The notes under the pieces: generated by a model | Database searches by the model: none | Seen by the model: only the letters and a program-made list of their open reading frames with translations | Told to the model about the DNA's origin: nothing | Position numbers and translations under genes: made by a program | IMG/VR virus record: IMGVR_UViG_3300049491_000674 | Length of the DNA stretch: 20,000 nucleotides | Source: an uncultured virus (IMG/VR IMGVR_UViG_3300049491_000674) | Lineage: Duplodnaviria > Heunggongvirae > Uroviricota > Caudoviricetes | Strand: one strand, 5' to 3' | Shown: in pieces, positions 1-8,880 of the stretch | Layout: each line of letters opens with the position of its first letter | Numbering within the stretch: position 1 is the first letter of the stretch

Positions 1-30
1 GCCCCTTCCCAACCGATAAGGTGAACTAAC

Positions 31-2631
31 ATGGCCGCTCTCTCCGCAATTACTCTCCAGTCTGGCGTTTCCACTCGCGTTGGGAATGCCCAGGTTCTTC
101 AGGTCGGAGCTGGAATCGACTCGAACGCTGCCGGGCTCCTGTCTGTTGCCGGTACGGGAGCAGTGGCGACTTCTCTTGCTGTTGGTACAGCCGCTGGAAT
201 CACTGCTATCACTATCGGCAACGCGACCGCGACGGTCACGTTTCCTGGCATCGTCTCTTTTACGAGCACCACGGCTGCCCCAGACGTCAGTTTTGCTGGT
301 GATGTCACCATCGGGGATAATGCTAATGACGACCTTACAGTTACGTCGTCCATTGTCGGTAGTTTGTCTTTCAAGAAGGAAGCGAATCACTCTGTATTGG
401 TGGTTGCCACCACCACAAACGGAACCGCAGGTGGAAATCTTTCAATGGCGTCCGGGGCTGGAGCCACGGGTGTTGGTGTAGCTGGTGGGGTTGGTGGTTC
501 AGTCACTGTGGTTGGTGGTAGTGGAGGCAATGGCCCTGCTGCTTCTGCCGCTGGAGCTGGTGGCTCAGTCACGCTTTCAAGCGGGTCTGCGGGCACCAAT
601 AACGGGGGTGGGTCTGCGGCAGGTGGAGATATCTCTCTGCTAACTGGGTCGGGGTCAACCGGGTCTGGTTCAACTGCTGGTGGTGCTGGCGGTAATGTTT
701 CTGTCACAGCAGCCGGTGGTGCTCCTGGTGGTGCTACAGGTGCAGGTGGTACAGGTGGTGCTGTTAACATCGGGTCCGGGAAAGGTGGTGCAGCCGGGGG
801 TGGGTCTGCGGCAGGTGGTACCTCTGGTGATATCACAAACACGACTGGAGCTGGTGGAGCTGGTGGTGCCACCGGTTTCGGCGGTGCTTCAGGAGGCATT
901 TCAAACATCATTGGCAGCGGTGGCGTAGGAGGCACCGGAAAAGCTGGTGGTGATGGTGGTTCATTCATCGCTCTCGCTGGTGCTGGTGGGAAGGCCGGAA
1001 CCACCGGAACGGGTGGTGATGGTGGTTCCGTTGTCCTAACCACTGGTACTGGCGGAAATTCTCCTGCCGGTAATGGAGGTACTAGCGGAGCGCTTGCCCT
1101 CTCTACTGGTGTCAGCGGAGATGGTACCGCAACAGGACAAATTGCAGGCACACCTGGAAATATCGTTATTCAGGTTGGGGCTGCTGGTGCCAGTGACACA
1201 ACTGGACCCGCTGGTGGTTCAGTTACCATCAATGCTGGGGCTGGTTCTGCTGCTGCAAATGACCTTGGTGCTGATGGTGGGGCTGTCCTCATCAACGGTG
1301 GTATCGGTGGTGCTGGCGGTTCCGGAGACCCCGGTGGTATCGGTGGTGCAGTCACGATTACCACTGGTGCTGGTGGGGTTGGTGATGCTGGCTCTTCAAG
1401 CGGTATCCTGACAGTCAAGAGCGGTGTTGGTGGTAATGCTAACACTGCCGGTGGCGGAGACAGCGGTAACGTAGTCTTTGGTTCTGGTACTGCTGGAACC
1501 GGAACTTCCTCGTTGTCTGCTGGAAATTCTGGAAGCGTTTCAATTTCGTCCGGTTTGGGCCAGGATGGCGTCTCTCCTGGTGGCACCGGCAGTTTGGATC
1601 TCTTCACCGGTAATGGCGGAGTCCGTCTTGCTGGTGCTGGTGCTGGTGGTGCAGCAGGAAACGTCAACATCTACGCTGGTGATCGTGGATCTTCGGCTGG
1701 TACCGATGGTGGCGGAACTGGAGCACAGGTTAACCTCACGGCAGGAGCCGGTGGGTTCCGTAACACCTCTGGTACTGCTGGTACCGGTGGATCTCTCAAC
1801 CTTATTGCTGGTGTTGGTGGAAACGGTCTTTCAGGTACCGCCGCAGGTGGTAATGGTGGTAATGTCACCATTACTGCCGGTTTGGGTGGAACCCCGAACG
1901 TTTCTGGCCCTGGTAACGGTGGTGACGTCATCATCTCTGGTGGTCAAGGAGACGCTTTTGATGACGGTGATGGTGGGGATGTCGTTCTAAACGCAGGCTT
2001 CGGTCCTGGCACAGGGGTTAACGGCAACGTTATCGTTGGCCAAGACGGAAACACTACTGAGTTCGTTCTCACGAGCCCCACTCAGCTCAACATCAACGGT
2101 GCGGCAACTACGAGCGTAGTCACTGGTACGGCTTTGAACGTCGTGACTGGGGGACCGGCTTCAAACGCTGACTCGTACCACACTCACGCCGGGATCGGCG
2201 GCACCCCAACAAGCGTTCAGCCTACGTACACGGCTGGGACAGGTGGTCTCACCAAGGGCCATGTGGCTGCCCTCACGAATTCTACTGGCACCAAGGCGGT
2301 TAAAGCGAACGCCGCATCTGGTTCGGGTGGGCTTCAAAACCCCATTGGTTTGGCCTTTGCTGACTATTCTGCGGCAGCTACGGCCAGTATCATCTCGTCG
2401 GGCGAAACCCCAGACATCACAGACAACACGGTTTGGGAGAGTTCAGCCTTCCCAGTTCAGGCCACGGATATCGGGAAACGGGTCTATCTTTCGGCTACGA
2501 CCGCAGGCTGCCTCACTCTGACGGAACCCTCGGGGTCTGGTGACCGAGTTGTTCGTGTGGGTATCGTCAGCAAGGGCGGTTCTGCCACGAGCCGTGTCTT
2601 CGTCCAAATCGGTGAAGGCGCAACGATTTGA
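31..2631 (+). CDS. Glycine-rich virion fibre/decoration-like protein
   Basis: 866-aa ORF made of repeated GGxVxIxxGxGG units. The C-terminal domain (KAVKANA...IGLA...GKRVYLSATTAG...VVRVG) resembles phage virion accessory domains. Function is inferred. Confidence 0.65.
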   Translation: MAALSAITLQSGVSTRVGNAQVLQVGAGIDSNAAGLLSVAGTGAVATSLAVGTAAGITAITIGNATATVTFPGIVSFTSTTAAPDVSFAGDVTIGDNANDDLTVTSSIVGSLSFKKEANHSVLVVATTTNGTAGGNLSMASGAGATGVGVAGGVGGSVTVVGGSGGNGPAASAAGAGGSVTLSSGSAGTNNGGGSAAGGDISLLTGSGSTGSGSTAGGAGGNVSVTAAGGAPGGATGAGGTGGAVNIGSGKGGAAGGGSAAGGTSGDITNTTGAGGAGGATGFGGASGGISNIIGSGGVGGTGKAGGDGGSFIALAGAGGKAGTTGTGGDGGSVVLTTGTGGNSPAGNGGTSGALALSTGVSGDGTATGQIAGTPGNIVIQVGAAGASDTTGPAGGSVTINAGAGSAAANDLGADGGAVLINGGIGGAGGSGDPGGIGGAVTITTGAGGVGDAGSSSGILTVKSGVGGNANTAGGGDSGNVVFGSGTAGTGTSSLSAGNSGSVSISSGLGQDGVSPGGTGSLDLFTGNGGVRLAGAGAGGAAGNVNIYAGDRGSSAGTDGGGTGAQVNLTAGAGGFRNTSGTAGTGGSLNLIAGVGGNGLSGTAAGGNGGNVTITAGLGGTPNVSGPGNGGDVIISGGQGDAFDDGDGGDVVLNAGFGPGTGVNGNVIVGQDGNTTEFVLTSPTQLNINGAATTSVVTGTALNVVTGGPASNADSYHTHAGIGGTPTSVQPTYTAGTGGLTKGHVAALTNSTGTKAVKANAASGSGGLQNPIGLAFADYSAAATASIISSGETPDITDNTVWESSAFPVQATDIGKRVYLSATTAGCLTLTEPSGSGDRVVRVGIVSKGGSATSRVFVQIGEGATI

Positions 2632-2679
2632 TTGATTTAGTTGCTCATGGTGCCCTATCCAGTGTAGAGATGGGGCACC

Positions 2680-3036
2680 ATGAAGAACAAAAAGCCTGTC
2701 GTGCCTCCGCCCGCCCCTGTCAGGAAGCAACCGGAGGCTGCCCCCAAGAAGATGGTTGTGCCGGTCGGTGGGGTTCGTCCTTTCCCGTCGCACGCCCAAC
2801 AGACCCTCAAGGAAGCTCTCGGGCAGGTGGACCAAGCTCAGCGGGAGTTGGGAGCCAAGTCCATGCTGGCACTTCAGGCTGACACGCAGATGCGGCAAGC
2901 AGCTCAAGCTCTGGAGTTGAAGCAAGAAGCCCTCATGGCTCTGTCCAAGAAGATCTTGAACGAGATGGGAGAGGATACGGTATCCCAGAGCTGGAACGTG
3001 GATTTCTCGACGTTCGAAGCTAAACGCGTCTTCTGA
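2680..3036 (+). CDS. Hypothetical protein (Pro-rich N-terminus, coiled-coil)
   Basis: 118-aa ORF following the fibre gene, with a heptad-like QAAQALELKQEALMAL segment. Confidence 0.7.
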   Translation: MKNKKPVVPPPAPVRKQPEAAPKKMVVPVGGVRPFPSHAQQTLKEALGQVDQAQRELGAKSMLALQADTQMRQAAQALELKQEALMALSKKILNEMGEDTVSQSWNVDFSTFEAKRVF

Positions 3037-3047
3037 GGCTTTTCTTT

Positions 3048-3075
3048 TTGATCCTGTACGAGGATCAACCTAGTA
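3048..3075 (+). promoter_or_regulatory. Phage promoter motif TTGATC-N16-CTAGTA (upstream of hairpin RNA)
   Basis: TTGATC at 3048-3053 and CTAGTA at 3070-3075. The hairpin stem starts 5 nt later at 3081, the same offset as the ATG in other copies. Confidence 0.65.
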
Positions 3076-3822
3076 GAGGGGTTCGAAGGTTGAACAGGGG
3101 TCCTGGTTGGGGCTCTCTGAGGCAACCCGACCCTTTAGTAGCTGTTTGCCCAGCAAAACAGGGTCGGTGCAGAGAGTCGGGAAGTTTGAGTCTTCCCGCC
3201 CCTGTTCAGCCTTCGAACGTAACTTGAACTGCTTAAACGCCTGCGAGCCCACAGCTCCGCGGGCGTTGCTGTTTTGGTAGTGCCCCGTTTGGGTGTATAG
3301 TTGGTTAACGGTCCCTTCCATCGTGTGGAATCGGATCTGGCCGATCCTCATCCCCGCGTAGACCCGGATGGGGTGCTGCACGATGACTTCCAGCGTGTAT
3401 TGTCCGTCGAACCCAGGATCCCCGTAGCCTGCCGTAGCGTGAATCTGAACGAAAAGACGGCCAATCGACGACTTCCCGTCCACGATGGGAACGTACTTGG
3501 TAGTCGAGATACGTTCGACCGTATGCATCAAGTACCCGATCCCAGGCTTCAAGACCCAACCGCGTTGTGGGTCGATCTTGGTTTTGAGTACCCTTGGTTC
3601 CTCACGTACGTCCAAAACTCTGGAGGTGGGTACGATGAATGTTCCGTCGTCGGGTTCAGAAATTGCGTGATTGGTTGTCCAAGGAACGTAGACGCCTACC
3701 TCCTCTCCGAGAGTCAGGTCGTAGCTCGTAGGATTGAGCTGTTTCTCGCTCCAAGGGTCAATTTTGATGTCTCCCGCTTCGATGGCAGCAGCGATTGAAG
3801 CGTCGGTCAAGATTCCAGGCAT
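3070..3822 (-). CDS. dcd: dCTP deaminase (with about 50-aa atypical C-terminal extension)
   Basis: Motifs ILTD, QLNPTSYDLTLG, DGKSSIGRL, TAGYGDPGFDGQYTLE and GMRIGQIRF. Start reassigned to ATG 3822 (MPGILTD). Confidence 0.92.
   Translation of the reverse strand: MPGILTDASIAAAIEAGDIKIDPWSEKQLNPTSYDLTLGEEVGVYVPWTTNHAISEPDDGTFIVPTSRVLDVREEPRVLKTKIDPQRGWVLKPGIGYLMHTVERISTTKYVPIVDGKSSIGRLFVQIHATAGYGDPGFDGQYTLEVIVQHPIRVYAGMRIGQIRFHTMEGTVNQLYTQTGHYQNSNARGAVGSQAFKQFKLRSKAEQGREDSNFPTLCTDPVLLGKQLLKGRVASESPNQDPCSTFEPLY
3081..3218 (+). ncRNA. Structured 138-nt ncRNA, long hairpin with central bubble (6S-like architecture)
   Basis: 20-bp closing stem 3081-3100/3199-3218 with one G-U. Inner stems 3111-3119/3170-3178 and 3127-3134/3160-3167. 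Side hairpin 3178-3198. G-U pairs favour the + strand. Confidence 0.6.
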
Positions 3823-3866
3823 GAGCCCCCATACACCACGAAAGCTCTTGTACGTGCGTATAAGTG

Positions 3867-4799
3867 ATGTCAGGCATCGGAACAGACGGTTTTGGCAGCT
3901 TGTTTCGCTTTGGCGAAGGTGCTGGAGGCGGAGGAGGCTCAATCGCCTGGTCCCCTTCTGGGGCCGGGACCGCTACGACGTGGGATGATGTTCGGGGTAT
4001 TCTCGCTGATACGCGAAGCCCCATGGTCATCAACATGGTCGACTCTCAAGGCACCTACAACATCACAGGCACCACGGACCTGAAGTTTTCTACCCTTGTT
4101 GCTGCCCCTGGGATCAACGCAAATGTCCAGGTTGCAGATGGGGCCCAGCTTGTAAACGGAGGGATCAACCAACTCGTTTCTGGGTTGTTCAATGGAGGGA
4201 TGGCAGTCACATTCAACTCTACGGGAGGCTCGCCCAATCCGTTGTTTTGGGATTCACAGGCAGACCCAAGCCGCTTCGCTCCGTTCGCCTTTGGTGGGGG
4301 TGCTACCCTTCAAAACAACGGGACCGTACCAGTCATCAATGTGCGGACAAACCCAGATGGCCTACTTGTGTTCATCCTGGAAAATACAGCGGGTATCTTG
4401 ACTGGTACCGGGCCGATCATCCACTTGGAAGATGGAGCGGTTTTGTTTCTCTCCTGGGGAAATAACGGGGCTTCGATGTCCTTTGACCCCGGCTTCGTGA
4501 CGGCAGATAACCCGGCATCCAATACCATTGGAATCCTCTCAGTTGGGGGCTTCGACTTTGATCGTATCTCCACTTGGGTGGGGGTTGCAGGGGCAACGGT
4601 CATCAACAACCCTTTGAGTATGGAGGGGGGCTCTGGACCTTCTGCTTACCGCCCATTTGGTGCGATCGGCCCCCTTGTTCGAGGGACGCACTACTGGGAT
4701 GCAGACCTCGTACCCCCACGTCCAATTTTTTGGAATGGGTCATCCTTTGACGATGCACTTGGGGTTGGTCCTGTTTTATGCCTACATTCAAGACGATAG
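3867..4799 (+). CDS. Hypothetical, probably virion-associated beta-rich protein
   Basis: About 310-aa ORF rich in Gly/Asn/Thr with beta-strand-like patterns. Confidence 0.6.
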   Translation: MSGIGTDGFGSLFRFGEGAGGGGGSIAWSPSGAGTATTWDDVRGILADTRSPMVINMVDSQGTYNITGTTDLKFSTLVAAPGINANVQVADGAQLVNGGINQLVSGLFNGGMAVTFNSTGGSPNPLFWDSQADPSRFAPFAFGGGATLQNNGTVPVINVRTNPDGLLVFILENTAGILTGTGPIIHLEDGAVLFLSWGNNGASMSFDPGFVTADNPASNTIGILSVGGFDFDRISTWVGVAGATVINNPLSMEGGSGPSAYRPFGAIGPLVRGTHYWDADLVPPRPIFWNGSSFDDALGVGPVLCLHSRR

Positions 4800-5098
4800 A
4801 CAAGCTCAACCCCCCGTCTCTCACGGACGCCCCTGGGGCCATGGGAAGCGAAGTAAACGTAGCGGACTACGACGACATTACCGTTCAGTTTACGGGTGAC
4901 TTTGGAGGGGCCGTCTTTGATGTGGTAGGAAGGGTTACTGACTCTGGAACTTACGTAAAACTCTTTCAGTGTCCTGGCCCAGGGCAATACCGAGTCCCCA
5001 TCTCAACCATGTATATCTCCACTCAACTCGTCACGACAGGAAACCCTCCCAACCCAGGGGATATCACCGGTTGGGTCGGAGGTAGGTCGGCAAGCTAA
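4778..5098 (+). CDS. Hypothetical protein
   Basis: 106-aa ORF overlapping the upstream stop region and coupled to the next ORF (TAATG). Confidence 0.65.
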   Translation: MPTFKTIDKLNPPSLTDAPGAMGSEVNVADYDDITVQFTGDFGGAVFDVVGRVTDSGTYVKLFQCPGPGQYRVPISTMYISTQLVTTGNPPNPGDITGWVGGRSAS

Positions 5099-5283
5099 TG
5101 ACCCTACTCAATCTCAAAGAAGTCAAAGCTCTTTTGAACCCTATCTACCTCGATGCAGAGGATCAGCCTTGTGCGTTGGAGGATGCTGTAGCGACTCGGG
5201 TGGGTAACCTTCGTCTTTGCCGCAAAGGTGGACCGTTGAAACAGCTCGTAAACGGTGTGTGGGTGGTCTTCAGAGGTCCCTGA
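5098..5283 (+). CDS. Small hypothetical protein
   Basis: 61 aa; TAATG overlap with the previous gene. Confidence 0.5.
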   Translation: MTLLNLKEVKALLNPIYLDAEDQPCALEDAVATRVGNLRLCRKGGPLKQLVNGVWVVFRGP

Positions 5284-5317
5284 CCCGAGCACCCTCCTCG
5301 TCATCAGAGAGCCGATC

Positions 5318-5864
5318 CTACACGTATCCGCCTTTACCTCTCAATTCTCGACGATGTTCAGCCCCGTTGCGGTTGATGTGATCGATAGCGAGAAATTGTA
5401 TGTGTTTGTCCTTACAACACGCGCAAAAAGGCTCTATCCCTCCGCTGTAAATGCCTCAAGACAGCAAGCTTTTTGGCCCATCTGCTAGCTCGGCTTCGCT
5501 GAGCATCTTTGTTCTCCGATAGAGCCGCCATGAGCGGGGGCTTGGCAGGCTCGTATATCCGGGTCGCTACGTGACCGTAGATGTAACGCTGCTTATTGCC
5601 GAATTTGTTGTAGTTCGGCAGGGTATTTCCGCAACCACAGCCACATAGGATCTGCTTGGCCGTGAGCACTCGCTGCGGGACATGTCCTTCTGGCTTCTTT
5701 TTCCCGTGCCCGAAGATGAAACGAAGAGTGACACCGTTTGCGTTCCATTCTTTGAGACTCCCCCCGCAGCCACACCCACAGAGAATGTCCCGTGCGCTTT
5801 TAAGCTTCCGTTTTCGCCAGTCTTCTAGGTACTGACGCCGGGCTTCAGGGTCTTTGTGTGGCAT
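5318..5864 (-). pseudogene. Frameshifted, truncated HNH endonuclease with two CGCGCG...GH repeats
   Basis: MPHKD... with two LCGCGCG...(F/Y)GH repeats. After VLRH, a +1 shift (T-run, 5449-5451) gives YSGGIEPFCACCKDKHIQFLAIDHINRNGAEHRRELRGKGGYV*, an HNH core that lacks the final LCxNC motif. Confidence 0.75.
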
Positions 5865-5870
5865 GTGCCT

Positions 5871-5899
5871 ATCATACCCCCTACAGACTATCGTGTCAA
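5871..5899 (-). promoter_or_regulatory. Sigma70-type promoter, leaderless start
   Basis: TTGACA-N17-TATGAT, then 6 nt to ATG 5864. Confidence 0.8.
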
Positions 5900-5907
5900 T
5901 TAACCCT

Positions 5908-6207
5908 TTACCCCCTGCAAAACCGGAGATTTGCTGCCAACCTGAACTCCCGTACGAAAGGTATGCCGAACCACCTGTCATTCGAGTTGGACCGGAAACC
6001 ACGAACCTTCCTTGGGGTCTCTCGCCCTACGTAGGTGAGCCCAGCCTCTTGCCCTAGGCGAATGATTGTCGAAACGTGGATCCCCACTTCGTCGGCGATC
6101 TTTTCCGCGTCTTTGAATGAGAAGCTCGTTTCTTCGTTACCCAGCTTCTCGTCCACTAGTTGCAGCACTGCTGTAGCGGCAGAAGCAAGGAGCATCGTGG
6201 GGAGCAT
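5908..6207 (-). CDS. Hypothetical protein with HTH-like segment (possible 3' frameshift)
   Basis: AEKIADEVGIHVSTIIRL is HTH-like. Preceded by the TTGATC/CTAGTA motif. Confidence 0.65.
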   Translation of the reverse strand: MLPTMLLASAATAVLQLVDEKLGNEETSFSFKDAEKIADEVGIHVSTIIRLGQEAGLTYVGRETPRKVRGFRSNSNDRWFGIPFVREFRLAANLRFCRG

Positions 6208-6212
6208 ACCCC

Positions 6213-6239
6213 TACTAGGTTTTGGGGGTAGCCGATCAA
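6213..6239 (-). promoter_or_regulatory. Phage promoter motif TTGATC-N15-CTAGTA-N5-ATG
   Basis: Exact spacing to ATG 6207. Confidence 0.75.
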
Positions 6240-6263
6240 ATCAGGAAGTCGAAGGCGATCTTT

Positions 6264-6290
6264 TTGATCCTTCGAGTCAGAGGTCTAGTG
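6264..6290 (+). promoter_or_regulatory. Phage promoter motif TTGATC-N15-CTAGTG-N5-ATG
   Basis: Exact spacing to ATG 6296. Confidence 0.75.
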
Positions 6291-6295
6291 CCCCC

Positions 6296-6481
6296 ATGGA
6301 CATCACCATCTCTTTCGAGACGCCCGTAGGGACCTTCGACTCGTACCTGCTGGCCTCTGCTGCGTGCGAGCGGTGCGACCTCGATCCGGTCGAGTGCATC
6401 ATGGTCAAGAAGAGCCCCGTCAGCTTTGCCCAGCCTGTGTGGGAAATGAGCCGTGACGGAATTCATGCAAGCCGGGTTTGA
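6296..6481 (+). CDS. Small hypothetical protein (leaderless)
   Basis: MDITISFETPVG..., 61 aa; start defined by the promoter motif. Confidence 0.6.
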   Translation: MDITISFETPVGTFDSYLLASAACERCDLDPVECIMVKKSPVSFAQPVWEMSRDGIHASRV

Positions 6482-6504
6482 TCAACGTCTTCAGAGGACT
6501 AGTA
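6478..6504 (+). promoter_or_regulatory. Phage promoter motif TTGATC-N15-CTAGTA-N5-ATG
   Basis: Exact spacing to ATG 6510. Confidence 0.75.
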
Positions 6505-6509
6505 CCCCC

Positions 6510-6716
6510 ATGAACATCGTGACCAAAGCAGCTCGCCGCGCCACCCGAGACGTTTCTGGTGGCGAGATCCACCTTGGGAAGCTCAAGACCCAAGGTCACC
6601 GCAAGGCCCGCCGTCACATGAAGTACGTGACTCGGATGGTCACCTCTGGGGGCTTCGATGCGGATGCCATCAACTTCAACCCCAACTTCACCGTCGACAG
6701 CCGGGATGTGAGCTGA
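6510..6716 (+). CDS. Small basic hypothetical protein (leaderless)
   Basis: MNIVTKAARRA..., 68 aa, Arg/Lys-rich. Confidence 0.65.
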   Translation: MNIVTKAARRATRDVSGGEIHLGKLKTQGHRKARRHMKYVTRMVTSGGFDADAINFNPNFTVDSRDVS

Positions 6717-6719
6717 GCC

Positions 6720-7328
6720 ATGGACACCACTACTTTCCCCCGAATGGTCGAAAAGCTCCCCGAGGGTCAGCTTGGGCTCGCCAAGGTGAAGCATGTCGAG
6801 GTCTCGGAGCAGGCTGCAAGCTTCAGTCAGATTCGAGCGGTAGTCACGGGAGGTCGAGAGCAGCCCATCAACGCGGGCACCTACGCACAGCTTCACGTGG
6901 GGCCCGTGCTCATGATGAGTGATACGCAGATGGAACGACGCTCCAACTACGAAGTCGTCCGTAAAGCCAAAGGACACGTCCTCATCGCAGGGTTGGTCCT
7001 CGGGATGATCCTGCACCCGATCTTGACCAAGGAAGAGGTCATACAGGTCACTGTGGTGGAGAAGTACGGGGATGTCATCAAGCTCGTGGGCCCGACCCTG
7101 CCCCACCAAGAAAAACTCAAGATCGTCGAGGCTGATGTGCTCGACTGGAAGCCCGAGAAGGGTACCCGATTCGACACGATCTACTTCGACATCTGGCCTG
7201 ACATCACAGAGGAAAACCTAGACGACATGGCCGTGCTTCATCGTCGGTTCGCGCACTTCAAACAGCCTGGGGGCTGGATGGATTCCTGGAACAAGGAACT
7301 GCTCACTTCGAGGTACCGTCGTCGGTGA
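6720..7328 (+). CDS. Class I SAM-dependent methyltransferase, spermidine-synthase-like fold
   Basis: LMMSDT..E, GHVLIAGLVLGMI (motif I variant), VTVVEK, IVEADV and FDTIYFDIW. Confidence 0.8.
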   Translation: MDTTTFPRMVEKLPEGQLGLAKVKHVEVSEQAASFSQIRAVVTGGREQPINAGTYAQLHVGPVLMMSDTQMERRSNYEVVRKAKGHVLIAGLVLGMILHPILTKEEVIQVTVVEKYGDVIKLVGPTLPHQEKLKIVEADVLDWKPEKGTRFDTIYFDIWPDITEENLDDMAVLHRRFAHFKQPGGWMDSWNKELLTSRYRRR

Positions 7329-7358
7329 GCAAATCCTTCCTCGACAGTAGCTATTTTT

Positions 7359-7385
7359 TTGATCGACCTGCATCAGAGCCTAGTA
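7359..7385 (+). promoter_or_regulatory. Phage promoter motif TTGATC-N15-CTAGTA-N5-ATG
   Basis: Exact spacing to ATG 7391. Confidence 0.75.
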
Positions 7386-7390
7386 CGAGA

Positions 7391-7576
7391 ATGGAATCCC
7401 TGAACCCTTCTCGTGGACGCCCTGTCGGGGTCATCGGCTTTGGCCGATTCACGCCCACCCAGGTTGAGGCGTTTCAGAAGGGGCAGCTCGATGAGGCCAT
7501 CACTCGGGCGAAGATGGCCCGTAAGCCCGTCCTTAGCCAGGAGGAGATGTACGCAGCCCTCTTCGTTTCTGAGTAG
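7391..7576 (+). CDS. Small hypothetical protein (leaderless)
   Basis: MESLNPSRGR..., 61 aa; start defined by the promoter motif. Confidence 0.6.
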   Translation: MESLNPSRGRPVGVIGFGRFTPTQVEAFQKGQLDEAITRAKMARKPVLSQEEMYAALFVSE

Positions 7577-7597
7577 CTTACAGGGCCCTCCTGGCCG

Positions 7598-7906
7598 TCA
7601 CGCCTGGGGCATCTTCTGAGCAACGCCTGTGGTCAATAGGGCGTAGATGAACAAGGTAGAGAGTGCGTCATCCGACAGGTCAGCCGGGAGGGTGATTTTT
7701 ACCCTCCGGTTTTGGCTCAAGCCCTGGGTGATCAGGCCGATCGTCGCGTACAGAGAGGTGTGCCCGGTCTCGCGGGCCATTTCCTGGACCATTTCGATCG
7801 GCTGCCCACGATAAATGGCGGGTTCCGCACCACCCTGAGGGATCCAGATGGCGGAAGGAATGTGGCGAACGTTGGAGTCGAAAACCCGAGGAGGAGTGTT
7901 GATCAT
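7598..7906 (-). CDS. Hypothetical protein
   Basis: Start ATG 7906 overlaps the upstream stop (ATGA), with an AAGGT SD-like sequence. Confidence 0.6.
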   Translation of the reverse strand: MINTPPRVFDSNVRHIPSAIWIPQGGAEPAIYRGQPIEMVQEMARETGHTSLYATIGLITQGLSQNRRVKITLPADLSDDALSTLFIYALLTTGVAQKMPQA

Positions 7907-8211
7907 GACACCTTTGTGGGTGGAAAAATGCATGGGCCTAGTTTTCGCTGTGAGGGGTTCGTTTTCTTTACCGCCCTCCAAGCTGGAGCCTTTCCAGTGG
8001 ATTCAACCGAAACTTCCTGTCGGGAGTCCTCAACGAAGCTGACCGAAGAGACCCTGTACTCTCCGACTACACTGAGAACCTCAGCTCTCCCGTTGAGAAT
8101 CCGCTCAAGCTTGAAGTTTAGCCTGATGCGGTCTCCTTGCCTTAGAGGGGGTAGAGTCAGTTTCACCTTTGGGGCTGGAACTTCGAGAATGAGCAACGAA
8201 GCGAGATGCAT
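7903..8211 (-). CDS. Hypothetical protein
   Basis: About 102-aa ORF coupled to the downstream gene; GGTGTA motif 9 nt upstream of ATG 8211. Confidence 0.6.
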   Translation of the reverse strand: MHLASLLILEVPAPKVKLTLPPLRQGDRIRLNFKLERILNGRAEVLSVVGEYRVSSVSFVEDSRQEVSVESTGKAPAWRAVKKTNPSQRKLGPCIFPPTKVS

Positions 8212-8880
8212 GTTCACCCTTACACCAGGCTAATCAACAAAGAGGTTGCAAACTGCTCTCAAAGCGGTGTACAGGGGGGTTGTTCATCCCTTCTCGTCCA
8301 GAAGGGTCTGGTTACAAGGCTCCTTGCTCCTTCGGGAGACAGAGAGACTTCCTCGAAGGAGGAGATTTTTCTGAAAAGCCCCGTGGTTTAGGTGGGTCGG
8401 ACGACCGTAAGGTTGACCTAAGTGGTTTTTCCTCCGAGAGGGGAAGAATCGAAGGAAGCTTCAGGTGGGAAACCTGAAAGCCCCTCGAACGAGTAGGAAC
8501 CAAGAACACGAAGGTCTTTCCCAGCTGTCTGGATCTTCCGACCCTCTTCTGAGGGACTCTTCCGAAGCCTAGAACAACTAAAACTACTCTCTTTCAGATC
8601 CTTCTCTTTCATTCTCAAACTCATACTTCTTTTAGTGATCGAAGCTTAACTGCAACGAGAGCTAGTAGAGCAGGTACAGCGGATAGAGTAGAGACGGCAG
8701 ATAGCGCAGTAGCAAGTGGCTCTAGTGCACTAAAGACGTCGGATACACTGGATGTAGTGGGTCAAGAAAGAGCGCGAATGAGCTGAGAAGGCTTGTTTCT
8801 CGCTGTGAGAACCTGTAAGATGGGAGTCTCTTCTTGAGAGCCACCTGTACTCCTCTTTGAGTAGGTCGCCTTCCTGAGGG

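Noticed and set aside
80..2925. Many Pro-rich antisense and alternative-frame ORFs over the Gly-rich gene
   Set aside because: They are shadows of GGN-rich codons and have no independent signals.
3823..3942. Longer N-terminus of dcd in the ORF track
   Set aside because: Homology begins at MPGILTD (3822), and the extension overlaps the divergent gene.
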